Assembly: GCA_965263025.1 (NCBI GenBank)
Contig: OZ253578.1
Span: 2,943,300-3,007,299 of the forward strand
From: Chloroflexota bacterium
GTDB lineage: Bacteria; Chloroflexota; UBA11872; VXNJ01
DNA: 64,000 bases
Reading direction: 5' to 3'
Shown in pieces: positions 45,058 to 53,202 of the stretch (the first letter of the stretch is position 1; every line of letters starts with the position of its first letter). The notes below the pieces were generated by a model. It made no database searches and was not told the origin of the DNA. It worked only from the letters and a program-made list of their open reading frames with translations. The position numbers and the translations under genes were made by a program.

Positions 45058-45660
45058 CTAGCCGCCGACCCTGGAGATCGAGAACGTCCAATCAACGTTG
45101 GCGCTGGCGCTCTCTACTTGCATATAGAGCGTAGCGACGTCTGAACAAACGTCGATCGTAATTTGAACCGATCCGCTGGCCTGGATCACGTTCGTGAGAA
45201 TTGCTTTGTCTGAACAAAAGAAGCTCTCCTGAATCTCTCCATTGACAGCAATGATCCTAGAGATGAAATTCCTGCCACTACCAGGGGAAAGGAGGTTGTT
45301 CGACCATGAGGCGGTCACGACGTAGCGCCCTTTAGCGAGGGTGAATTGGTCTGAAACGGAGTTGCCTCGTCCCGATACAACTACCGGCTCCGGGGTAGGT
45401 TCGTGGATCGCCCACGCGAAGACCGAGCGCACGTCGTTGCGGTGGTCGTTCTGACAGGCGGCTTCGGCCTGATCGCCGAATGTCCGTTGGTAGATGCCAA
45501 CGTTGTGGTCGTTGCCCAGATGGGCTTCGACGATGTCGTTCAGATCAACGCAGGAAGTCGGCCACTGGCCGCTGCTGTGGTCGTCGTGGGCCGCCGCTAT
45601 AGCTATAGCGACAATCGACATAATCCCGGCGGCAACCGCCGCCAACACTAGCTTCCGCAT
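45058..45660 (-). CDS. secreted or membrane-anchored hypothetical protein
   Basis: 200 aa with a signal/anchor MRKLVLAAVAAGIMSIVAIAIAAA and AGGAGAGAG-like purine-rich sequence upstream. By eye, GC is lower than the neighbours. I recognise no family. Confidence 0.55.
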   Translation of the reverse strand: MRKLVLAAVAAGIMSIVAIAIAAAHDDHSSGQWPTSCVDLNDIVEAHLGNDHNVGIYQRTFGDQAEAACQNDHRNDVRSVFAWAIHEPTPEPVVVSGRGNSVSDQFTLAKGRYVVTASWSNNLLSPGSGRNFISRIIAVNGEIQESFFCSDKAILTNVIQASGSVQITIDVCSDVATLYMQVESASANVDWTFSISRVGG

Positions 45661-45804
45661 TTCTCTCTCCTTCCGCTACGACGGACCGTTTTCTTGGCGG
45701 CTCACGATATCACTGTTTCGGAGAGGTTCAGCCTGATCTCCGACGTCACATGGTTCACAGCGCGGCCCCACGAGGCAAGCAGGGTCTTGAAGGCGTGGTT
45801 GCTG

Positions 45805-45841
45805 AAAAAGAAAGCGGCCCGGCGCGGGAGCGCCGGGCCGC
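45805..45841 (-). terminator. rho-independent terminator of groEL
   Basis: On the minus strand, a 12-bp perfect stem GCGGCCCGGCGC / TCCC / GCGCCGGGCCGC is followed by TTTCTTTTT. It begins about 20 nt after the groEL stop. Confidence 0.85.
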
Positions 45842-45861
45842 TTTGCGTAGCGGGATTCGGT

Positions 45862-47499
45862 CTAGTAGTCCATTCCGCCCATGCCGCCCGGAGGCGCCGC
45901 CGCCGGAGGCTCGGGAATGTCTGCTATCAGGGCTTCGGTGGTGAGGATCATCGACGCTATCGAGGCCGCGTTCTCCAAGGCGGAGCGCGTGACTTTGAGC
46001 GGGTCGATTATTCCCTTTTCGACCATGTCGCCGTAGTCCTCGGCGATAACGTCGAAGCCGACGTACTGGCTGCCGGCGCCGTTGTGGCGGCGGCGGACTT
46101 CCTCGACGACTACGGAGCCGTCGTGGCCCGCGTTCTCGGCGATGTAGCGCAGCGGCGACTCAAGCGCCTTTCGCAGGGCCCTTATCCCGGCGCCCTCGTC
46201 TTCGTTTTCGACGTCAACGCCGTCCAGCGCCGCGGCGGCATTGACGAGCGCGACGCCGCCGCCGGCGACGATGCCCTCTTCGATGGCCGCGCGGGTGGCG
46301 GACAGGGCGTCTTCGACGCGGTGCTGTTTTTCCTTCTGCTCGGTCTCAGTGGCCGCGCCGACGCGCATTACCGCGACTCCGCCGGAGAGCTTAGCCAGAC
46401 GCTCTTGCAGCTTCTCGCGGTCGTAATCGGAAGAAGCTTCCTCCATCTGGGCCTTGAGCTGCTGAATGCGGCCCTGAACGGCGGCCTCGGTGCCCTGGCC
46501 TTCGACCACCGTGGTGTTGTCCTTGTCGGATATAACGCGGCGGGCGCGTCCGAGGTCTTCGAGAATCACGCCGTCGAGCCGCCGTCCCATGTCTTCCGAA
46601 ACGACGGTGCCGCCGGTGATGATGGCGATGTCCTGGAGCATTTCCTTACGCCGGTCGCCGTAACCGGGCGCCTTGATGGCCAGGCAGTTCAACACGCCGC
46701 GAAGCTTGTTGACCACGAGGGTCGCAAGCGCCTCGCCTTCGATGTCTTCGGCTAGGACGATGAACTCCTTGGTGCCGGCCTGGGTGACCTTTTCGAGCGT
46801 AGGGAGGATGTCCGAAACCGCGGAGATCTTCTTATCCGTAATGAGGATGTAAGGCTCCTCGATATTGGCTTCCATCTGCTCCTGATTGGTCGCGAAGTAA
46901 GGCGATATGTAGCCGCGGTCGAACTTCATGCCTTCGACGTACTCGATCTCGAATTCGAGTCCCTTCGACTCCTCGACGGTGATGGCGCCGTCTTTGCCGA
47001 CCTTGTCCATTACGTCGGCGATCAGATCGCCGATTTCCTGGTCGGCGGCGGAGATGGCCGCGATGTTGGCTATCTCCTGCTTGCCTTTGATCTGGAGCGC
47101 CTGGCCCTTGAGGCTCTCGACGAGCGCGGTTACGCCCTTCTGAATCCCACGCTTGATGATCATGGGATTGGCGCCGGCGGCGATGTTCTTGAGTCCTTCC
47201 TTCAGGATCGTCTGAGCCAGGACCGTGGCCGTGGTGGTGCCGTCGCCGGCAACGTCGTTGGTCTTGCTGGCGGCTTCCTTGATTAGCTGGGCGCCCATGT
47301 TGGCGAACGGCTCTTCAAGCTCGATTTCCTTTGCAACGGTTACGCCGTCGTGCGTGACGGTAGGTGCGCCGTACTTCTTGCCGAGGGCGACGTTGCGACC
47401 TTTGGGCCCCAAGGTCGTCCGGACCGAGTTCGCGACTATGTCGATCCCCTCGACAAGGTGGTTCCGAGCCTCCACGTCCATCACTATCTGCTTGGCCAT
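45862..47499 (-). CDS. groEL: chaperonin GroEL (Cpn60), no adjacent groES
   Basis: 545 aa: MAKQI...[12 protein letters not shown]...GGMGGMDY. An AAGGAG RBS is present. Confidence 0.95.
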   Translation of the reverse strand: MAKQIVMDVEARNHLVEGIDIVANSVRTTLGPKGRNVALGKKYGAPTVTHDGVTVAKEIELEEPFANMGAQLIKEAASKTNDVAGDGTTTATVLAQTILKEGLKNIAAGANPMIIKRGIQKGVTALVESLKGQALQIKGKQEIANIAAISAADQEIGDLIADVMDKVGKDGAITVEESKGLEFEIEYVEGMKFDRGYISPYFATNQEQMEANIEEPYILITDKKISAVSDILPTLEKVTQAGTKEFIVLAEDIEGEALATLVVNKLRGVLNCLAIKAPGYGDRRKEMLQDIAIITGGTVVSEDMGRRLDGVILEDLGRARRVISDKDNTTVVEGQGTEAAVQGRIQQLKAQMEEASSDYDREKLQERLAKLSGGVAVMRVGAATETEQKEKQHRVEDALSATRAAIEEGIVAGGGVALVNAAAALDGVDVENEDEGAGIRALRKALESPLRYIAENAGHDGSVVVEEVRRRHNGAGSQYVGFDVIAEDYGDMVEKGIIDPLKVTRSALENAASIASMILTTEALIADIPEPPAAAPPGGMGGMDY

Positions 47500-47681
47500 C
47501 TACACTCCTTAGCCTTTCGCTTTCATCGGAAGGTCCGCCCGAATGCCTGCAACTATTACGCACTTGCCGCCGCGTGTGCCGCGGTTGGTGTCATAATCGT
47601 CAGCGGGTTCGGACTTCTCCAACTCCTGCGGGCAAACTCACCTGTGACACAAAAAACCAGCATAAATCTGATCGGAATATA

Positions 47682-47708
47682 TTAGCAGTCGAGGGCATCG
47701 AGTGCTAA
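47682..47708. promoter_or_regulatory. CIRCE operator (HrcA binding site)
   Basis: TTAGCAGTC-N9-GAGTGCTAA compared with the consensus TTAGCACTC-N9-GAGTGCTAA (one mismatch). It lies 183 nt upstream of the groEL ATG and 60 nt upstream of the divergent JAMM gene start. Confidence 0.85.
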
Positions 47709-47768
47709 TTGTTGCGCGATTTCACCCACCGCTTTTGCCCGGCGCGAGCCTGAGGCGATAGGGCCGCG

Positions 47769-48188
47769 TTGCTGCGCATTCCGCAGAGTGCGGTGGAGCG
47801 AATTCTGGATCACGCGCGCTCGGTCGCTCCCGAGGAAGCGTGCGGAATCCTGGCGGGAGCAAACGACACGGTGACCGGCGTCTACGAAGCGGAGAACACT
47901 CTGCACAGTCCGGTCGAGTACTTTATGAATCCGCAAGACCAGCTTCGGATTATGAATGAGATATTCGACGGGGACCTCGACGACCTGGCTTACTATCACT
48001 CGCATCCGGCGTCGGAGCCGTATCCATCGGCAACCGACGTACGCAAGGTAGTGCTTGGCCGGGCGAGGCTGGTGATCGTTACGTTGCGGGAAGACCTGAC
48101 CCGATTACGCAGTTTCTTCGTCGAGGATGGGACGGTCGAGGAGGAGGAAGTGGCGATCATCGACGAAAATAATCTGGACAAGGGTTAG
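47769..48188 (+). CDS. JAMM/MPN+ metalloprotease (Mov34/Mec-like)
   Basis: 139 aa with a TTG start. It has the conserved Glu (EEACGIL) and the JAMM motif H-S-H-P-x7-S-x2-D (HSHPASEPYPSATD). Confidence 0.82.
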   Translation: MLRIPQSAVERILDHARSVAPEEACGILAGANDTVTGVYEAENTLHSPVEYFMNPQDQLRIMNEIFDGDLDDLAYYHSHPASEPYPSATDVRKVVLGRARLVIVTLREDLTRLRSFFVEDGTVEEEEVAIIDENNLDKG

Positions 48189-48224
48189 AATCATTCGATA
48201 CAGAACCGCAAAAGGCGAGTCGAA

Positions 48225-49070
48225 TTGGCGGTAGACGCTCCTCTGGTCGATACGAAGCACCAGCGCCTCAAAGAAATTCTGGCGGGCTACGGAAGCGTGA
48301 TAGTCGCCTACTCGGGCGGCGTCGACAGTACGCTGCTGGCCAAAGTTGCCCACGACGTTCTGGATGACAAGACGCTGGCCCTGACGGCCGTATCGGCCAG
48401 CTATTCGCGCGCGGACCGGGACGACGCGATCCGGTTCGCCAGGTCGATCGGGATCAGGCACGAATTTCTAAATACGGAAGAGGTCGAAAACGAGGCTTAC
48501 GCCGAGAACACGTCCAGTCGATGCTATTTCTGCAAGGAAGAGCTCTTCGTAAAGGTTGACGAATACAGGAAAGCCCACCCCGGGTTCGCCCACGTAGCCT
48601 ACGGCCCCGTGACGAACGATTTGTCGGACTTCCGCCCCGGAATGGTGGCGGCGAAAAAAGCCGGCGCAAAGGCGCCCCTCGTCGAAGCCGGGCTGAGCAA
48701 GGACGACGTGCGGGCGCTGTCGCGTCAGCTAGGACTGGAGAGCTGGAACAAACCGGCCGCACCCTGCCTTGCTTCGCGGGTCGCCTACGGGGAGCGGGTG
48801 ACGGTCGAAAAGCTTTCGCAGATCGAGCAGGCCGAGATTTATGTCCGGCTCGAAGGATTCAAGGAGTTTCGCGTGCGGCACCACGGCGACGTTGCGCGCG
48901 TCGAGATCCCAATGAGCCAGCTTCAAGACTTCTTTGCAGACGGTCGGGCCGAGCGCGTGGCGGCGAACATCAAGAGCGTCGGCTACAAGTACGTAACGCT
49001 CGACCTGGAAGGATTCCGTTCAGGCTCGCTTAACGAGGTGCTGAGCAAGCGGGGCGCGCGGTCCGGGTAG
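48225..49070 (+). CDS. larE: PP-loop ATP pyrophosphatase of the LarE / TIGR00268 type (ATP-dependent sulfur transferase-like)
   Basis: 281 aa with the PP-loop AYSGGVDS and the conserved Cys context PAAPCLASRVAYG, which corresponds to the LarE sacrificial cysteine region as I recall it. Confidence 0.7.
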   Translation: MAVDAPLVDTKHQRLKEILAGYGSVIVAYSGGVDSTLLAKVAHDVLDDKTLALTAVSASYSRADRDDAIRFARSIGIRHEFLNTEEVENEAYAENTSSRCYFCKEELFVKVDEYRKAHPGFAHVAYGPVTNDLSDFRPGMVAAKKAGAKAPLVEAGLSKDDVRALSRQLGLESWNKPAAPCLASRVAYGERVTVEKLSQIEQAEIYVRLEGFKEFRVRHHGDVARVEIPMSQLQDFFADGRAERVAANIKSVGYKYVTLDLEGFRSGSLNEVLSKRGARSG

Positions 49071-49284
49071 GCGGGCGCCTAGTCAGGACCGTCGGCATCC
49101 GCGAGGTCGTTCGTTGTTGACCTTCGTCGGGCTCCGAGGTTAGCCCAGCCGGTGCGCCCACTGCGCTCTCTGGTCGGCGTTCGGGAACCATTCTACCCAC
49201 TGTAGATCCGTCCGACGGACTCTGCGTCGTTCCGGGCGTTTAGTGCCGTTCGCCCAAACTGTCATTCCGAGCGAAGCGAGGAAT

Positions 49285-49467
49285 CTACTTCCCGTCAACG
49301 TCCTCGTACCATCCCGTCGACAGGTCCCGCCAACGCGGGTTTAACGATTCGATGAGATTGACCTTTTTACTCCGCTGCGCGAGGTCGTTGGTTACGCCGA
49401 CGTAGAGGGTCTTGGGACGGTTGGTCATGATGTACACGTAGTACTGCCTGTCAGGTTTTGGGGGCAT
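49285..49467 (-). pseudogene. GIY-YIG nuclease-family remnant with internal deletion
   Basis: From the ATG at 49467, the sequence is MPPKPDRQYYVYIMTNRPKTLYVGVTNDLAQR (GIY...YVG motif) and then jumps to ...KKVNLIESLNPRWRDLS. The central roughly 45 residues, including the catalytic Arg/Glu region, are missing. Confidence 0.6.
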
Positions 49468-49560
49468 GGGGATTAGATTCCTCGGCGGACCTCGGAATGA
49501 CAGTATCAGGCGCTTGGAATGACAGAAGTGGGGGCTTGGAGTGATGGAAGGATTGATTCC
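49468..49560. repeat. dispersed repeat modules (GGAATGACA family)
   Basis: 49475-49502 matches 5514-5541. There are further TTGGAATGACAG and TTGGAGTGATGG modules. The reverse-oriented GTCATTCCGAGCGAAGCGAGGAATC (49261-49285) belongs to the same family. Confidence 0.8.
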
Positions 49561-49581
49561 GAGCATTCGTGGCTTGCATGA

Positions 49582-49716
49582 GAAGGGCGGGGCTTGGACC
49601 GGGCTCTACAAGAACGGCGGGTCTTGGACCGGGCTCTACAAGAACGGCAAGAACGGCGGGACTTAGACCGGCCTCTAAGGGAACGGCGGGAGGCTTCTAC
49701 GAGAACGGCGGGAAGC
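49582..49716. repeat. degenerate 30-bp tandem repeat, about 4.5 copies
   Basis: The unit is GAACGGCGGGNCTTGGACCGGGCTCTACAA. Copies lie at 49582-49611, 49612-49641, 49651-49680 and 49681-49703, then decay. No ORF spans it. Confidence 0.85.
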
Positions 49717-49729
49717 GCTGTGGGCGGTA

Positions 49730-51349
49730 TTAGGAAATCGGGCCGGTAGGTATGCCCTTCGGTCTTTGTAACACCTGACCTGGCAGCTGGTCGGTTGGCT
49801 GGCCGTTGCTAACGACGAAGCGTCCGCCGACCATTACGTGCTCGATTCCCGCGGGGTACTGGTGGGGATCGTCGAAGGTGGACCGGTCGATGATTTCGTC
49901 CTCGTCGAAGACCACGACGTCGGCGTCTCGGCCGGTCTCGATTTTGCCCTTGCGCGCGAGTCCGAGCCGGTCGGCTGTCTTGCCGGTCATGCGGTGCACG
50001 GCTTCTTCCATCGAAAACAGCCCTTCATCCCGCGCGTAGTGGCCGAGCACGCGGGGAAACGTTCCGTAGAAACGGGGATGCGAGAGTCCTGAGCCGAGCG
50101 GATGGTCGGGCGTGACGGCGAGCGCGTCCGAGCAGACCATCGAAGCGGGATGTTGCAGCGTATAGCGCACGTCGGCTTCGTCCATGCCGTAACAGACTAT
50201 CGAGACGTCGCCGCCCTCGCGGATAAGCAGGTCGATAGCCGCGGTCTCCGGCTCCACGCCCCGTTCGGCGGCCACCTCGGCGACCGACATCCCAAACTCG
50301 CCGCCCTCGTCGCGGGTGACCATCCGGGCGATGATGGAACGGTCCCACTCCCAGCCGTGATCTCGCAGTTCGGCTTCGATCCGGCGGCGGGTCGAGGGAT
50401 CTTTCATCCGCTTGACCATCTCTTCTTTACCGCCCGCTTGCGCCCATTCGGGGACGGGCTGTGAAAGGGTGCCCATCCCGGCGATGTATGGGTATACGTC
50501 CACGGCTACGTTCACGCCGCGCTCGACGGCGTCGTCGACGAGCCTCAGGCCGTCACGGACCGATCCCCAATTGGGGCTGGCGAACGCCTTGAAGTGGGCA
50601 ATCTGGACGGGCGCGCCCGAACGCTCGCCAATCGCGATCGCCTCTTTTATGGCTGTTTGAAGGCGGTCGTCCTCTCCCCGGATGTGACTGAAGTACATCG
50701 CGCCGTGCTCGGCCAGGACCTTGGCCAGTTCGACAAGCTCCTGGGTGTCGGCGTAGGCGCTTGGAGGGAATATGAGACCTGTGGACATTCCCAGCGCCCC
50801 GGCGTCGAGGGATTCCCGCAGCAGGTTGCGCATTCGCTCCAGCTCGTCGGGCGATGAGGCGCGTTCCTCGAATCCCATCGCGCCCGATCTGATCTCGCAA
50901 TGTCCGGCGAGCGGCAGCACGTTGAGGCCCAGACCTCTCGCGCCGAGCCGCTCCGCGTATTCGGCCGCCGACGACCACGACAGGCCGAAATCGTCGCCTC
51001 CGTTAATTAAGCCTCGCTTTCGCTCCATCTCGCGCCGGTTCAACTCGGTTACCGGCGCGGCGCCCTGGCCGCAGTTCCCAAAGACTTCGGTAGTGACGCC
51101 CTGCATGGTCTTGCTCACTCCCGAGGGCTGGGTGAGAAGGGTCAGGTCGGAATGGCCGTGCGGGTCGATGAATCCGGGCGCGAGTATTTTTCCGGAGAGA
51201 TCGAGGACGACCCTGGCTGAGTTGTCGGGAATCGCCCCGATCGACGCGATGCGATTTCCGGCGACGGCCACGCTGGCGCGCCGTCTAGGCCTGCCGCTGC
51301 CGTCGATGACGGTTGCGTTTTTGAAAATAAGGTCGTAGTCGGTGGGCAT
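49730..51349 (-). CDS. D-aminoacylase (N-acyl-D-amino-acid deacylase), amidohydrolase superfamily
   Basis: 539 aa with the opening DLIFKNATVIDGSG, the metal motif FIDPHGHSD, and a size and C-terminal beta-domain typical of D-aminoacylases. Confidence 0.8.
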   Translation of the reverse strand: MPTDYDLIFKNATVIDGSGRPRRRASVAVAGNRIASIGAIPDNSARVVLDLSGKILAPGFIDPHGHSDLTLLTQPSGVSKTMQGVTTEVFGNCGQGAAPVTELNRREMERKRGLINGGDDFGLSWSSAAEYAERLGARGLGLNVLPLAGHCEIRSGAMGFEERASSPDELERMRNLLRESLDAGALGMSTGLIFPPSAYADTQELVELAKVLAEHGAMYFSHIRGEDDRLQTAIKEAIAIGERSGAPVQIAHFKAFASPNWGSVRDGLRLVDDAVERGVNVAVDVYPYIAGMGTLSQPVPEWAQAGGKEEMVKRMKDPSTRRRIEAELRDHGWEWDRSIIARMVTRDEGGEFGMSVAEVAAERGVEPETAAIDLLIREGGDVSIVCYGMDEADVRYTLQHPASMVCSDALAVTPDHPLGSGLSHPRFYGTFPRVLGHYARDEGLFSMEEAVHRMTGKTADRLGLARKGKIETGRDADVVVFDEDEIIDRSTFDDPHQYPAGIEHVMVGGRFVVSNGQPTDQLPGQVLQRPKGIPTGPIS

Positions 51350-51419
51350 TGGCTATCTCCGGGAAATCGAGGGGTTTGTAAGCGCACTCAACCGGCGGGA
51401 GTATGGCACAAGGTGTCAG

Positions 51420-52106
51420 TTAGTCTCGTTTTTTGCATTGAGCTATGAGAGATCTACCCAAGGTTGGAAACAGCGACGCGAGACGCTCGCTATGCCACCG
51501 GCCCGAGCTATGGAAATTCACGTAATCGGACTCGAGCGACGTGACGTTCAGCCCGTTTCGGGCGCAGACGTCATGTAGTGTTCCAGAGACAAAATAACGT
51601 ATGTGCCCGGCGTCGTGAGGTCCGGCGGCGAACTCGAGATAGGGGTTCCGTCCCATCGCGAGCAATAGCCGACGTCCAAGCGAAGCGGCGTTGGGAGTCG
51701 TAAGAACGATCCTCCCCCCAGGTTTCAGTAGGCGCTTCATCTCCTGGACGAATCGGTCGGTGTCAAATACATGCTCAATGATTTCAGCGGCGTAGATCAA
51801 GTCCGCCCAGCCAGTGGCGAGCGGCAATCGCTTCGACACATCCGCTTTGACGACGGTCAAATCCGCCGTGCGCGCCATATTCAAAGCCTGGCTCGCAACG
51901 TCTATGCCCACATAGAAGCCGACAAGGCGACGACGCAATAGTTCGTGCCCCAGCGCGCCGGAGCCGCAACCCAGATCAAGCACATGGTCGCCCGGTTTGG
52001 CTGCGGCCATGAGCTTTTCCAGTTTGGCGGGCGAGATTCTGAAATCGTCGTCGCGCCGGAACCGCGAATCGGCAAACGTGGTCAAGGCTCCATCGTTATT
52101 AGACAT
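51420..52106 (-). CDS. class I SAM-dependent methyltransferase
   Basis: 228 aa with motif I VLDLGCGSGALG and the post-I acidic residue (GIDV). The substrate is unknown. Confidence 0.75.
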   Translation of the reverse strand: MSNNDGALTTFADSRFRRDDDFRISPAKLEKLMAAAKPGDHVLDLGCGSGALGHELLRRRLVGFYVGIDVASQALNMARTADLTVVKADVSKRLPLATGWADLIYAAEIIEHVFDTDRFVQEMKRLLKPGGRIVLTTPNAASLGRRLLLAMGRNPYLEFAAGPHDAGHIRYFVSGTLHDVCARNGLNVTSLESDYVNFHSSGRWHSERLASLFPTLGRSLIAQCKKRD

Positions 52107-52420
52107 GTGCGGTCGTGTGGAATCTCACTGTCCTCAAGTCGCGAGTAGAGAACATGCGGGAAATGTTACTCGTAACGGTCGAGACGCTCGTACGCAGCCT
52201 CGGATGCGCGGAGGCACGTAGACACTAGAGCACTCATTCGCGCTGGACGCGCCTGAGCAGTAGCTGCGCGGCAGCAAATCGCGGCGGGTTAGGCGACTGG
52301 CCTAGCGCAAAGAGGGCGTGAACCTGGAGAGAATCGACGAGCCAAACGCAATGGCCACGCTGGCGGGCCGTGTAGTTTGGGCGGCGCGAGGGCGAGTTGC
52401 AAACGCGCCCCTACGGCCAG

Positions 52421-52518
52421 TGGCGGAGGTGCATGGGAGTCGAACCCACCGACGACGTATCGCTACGCCGCCCAACGGATTTGAAGTCCGCGGAGCCCAC
52501 CGGAACTCTTGCACCTCC
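52421..52518 (-). tRNA. selC: tRNA-Sec (anticodon UCA)
   Basis: 98 nt on the minus strand:
- 8-bp acceptor, GGAGGTGC/GCACCTCC.
- 6-bp D stem, GAGTTC/GGGCTC, with 4-nt loop CGGT.
- Anticodon loop CTTCAAA.
- Variable arm of about 22 nt.
- T arm GTGGG-TTCGACT-CCCAT.
- Discriminator G and an encoded CCA. Confidence 0.9.
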
Positions 52519-52566
52519 AGGCAAGCCGCCGAATCGTGGACGGATTACCCGGTCGAGTTTACGTGT

Positions 52567-53202
52567 TTAGCTGTCGGCGCCAGCCCCCACCGTGAAGCTG
52601 ACCCTGCCGGATACTTCCCCGTCGATTAGTATCTCGGCCTCGAATTCGCCCGCGCCGCCGCCGGGATCGAAGTAGAACGCAAAAAAGCCGCGCGAAAAGG
52701 CGCTCTGGGGTCCGGTCTCAAAGGTGAATACTACCTCTCCGTCGCGCTTCCAGGTGACGCCGAGCACCGCTCCCGACCGAACTCCTTTAAATTCCGCGGA
52801 GACGTATACCCGCTCGTTAGTCCCGAAACGGTCGGCGGGGTCGACCGGCCGCTGAAGCGTGTCGATGCCGCGGGCGGTGGTAATCCTGCCCACCGAACCG
52901 CGCTCGCGCGTATTCGTGATAGTGGGAGTGGACGTTGCCGCGGGGGTTGCGGCAGGAGTCTCGGTCGGGGTCGTTTGCGGTGGAGCGAGCGTCGGCGTTG
53001 GACTGGCGAGCGTCGACGTGGGGGGTACGGTTGCCGTGGCCGTGGAGACTGGGGTTGAGGCCGGTGGATCGGTGGCCGGAGGCGGTGCAGCCGTTCCGGA
53101 GGGCGTCGCGGCAGCCTCCGCGTTATCGCCCCCGATTTGGCAGCTAAGGAGCATGGCGGCGGCCGCCATCAGAAGTATTACCGTCAGCGGTTTGACGGGC
53201 AT
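52567..53202 (-). CDS. lipoprotein with Thr/Pro-rich linker and C-terminal beta-rich domain, unknown function
   Basis: I moved the start to the ATG at 53202, giving MPVKPLTVILLMAAAAMLLSC with lipobox LLSC. A roughly 75-aa T/P/A-rich linker follows, then a roughly 110-aa domain. An alternative start is at 53226. Confidence 0.6.
   Translation of the reverse strand: MPVKPLTVILLMAAAAMLLSCQIGGDNAEAAATPSGTAAPPPATDPPASTPVSTATATVPPTSTLASPTPTLAPPQTTPTETPAATPAATSTPTITNTRERGSVGRITTARGIDTLQRPVDPADRFGTNERVYVSAEFKGVRSGAVLGVTWKRDGEVVFTFETGPQSAFSRGFFAFYFDPGGGAGEFEAEILIDGEVSGRVSFTVGAGADS

Noticed and set aside
45694-46755. A 353-aa ORF on the plus strand.
   Set aside because: It is antisense to groEL and is a high-GC artefact.
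47509-47526. A five-codon mini-ORF (ATGAAAGCGAAAGGCTAA) overlapping the groEL ribosome-binding site.
   Set aside because: It is too short to evaluate and probably fortuitous, and no leader-peptide logic is known for groEL. It is noted only in case of later ribosome-profiling data.
49582-49716. A possible CRISPR array.
   Set aside because: - The units are directly adjacent 30-bp tandem copies with no unique spacers between them, and they decay progressively.
- No cas genes are present in the window.
52302-52629. Two ORFs, 70 aa on the minus strand and 103 aa on the plus strand.
   Set aside because: - They overlap the tRNA-Sec gene.
- The tRNA fold is complete and far better supported than either low-complexity peptide.
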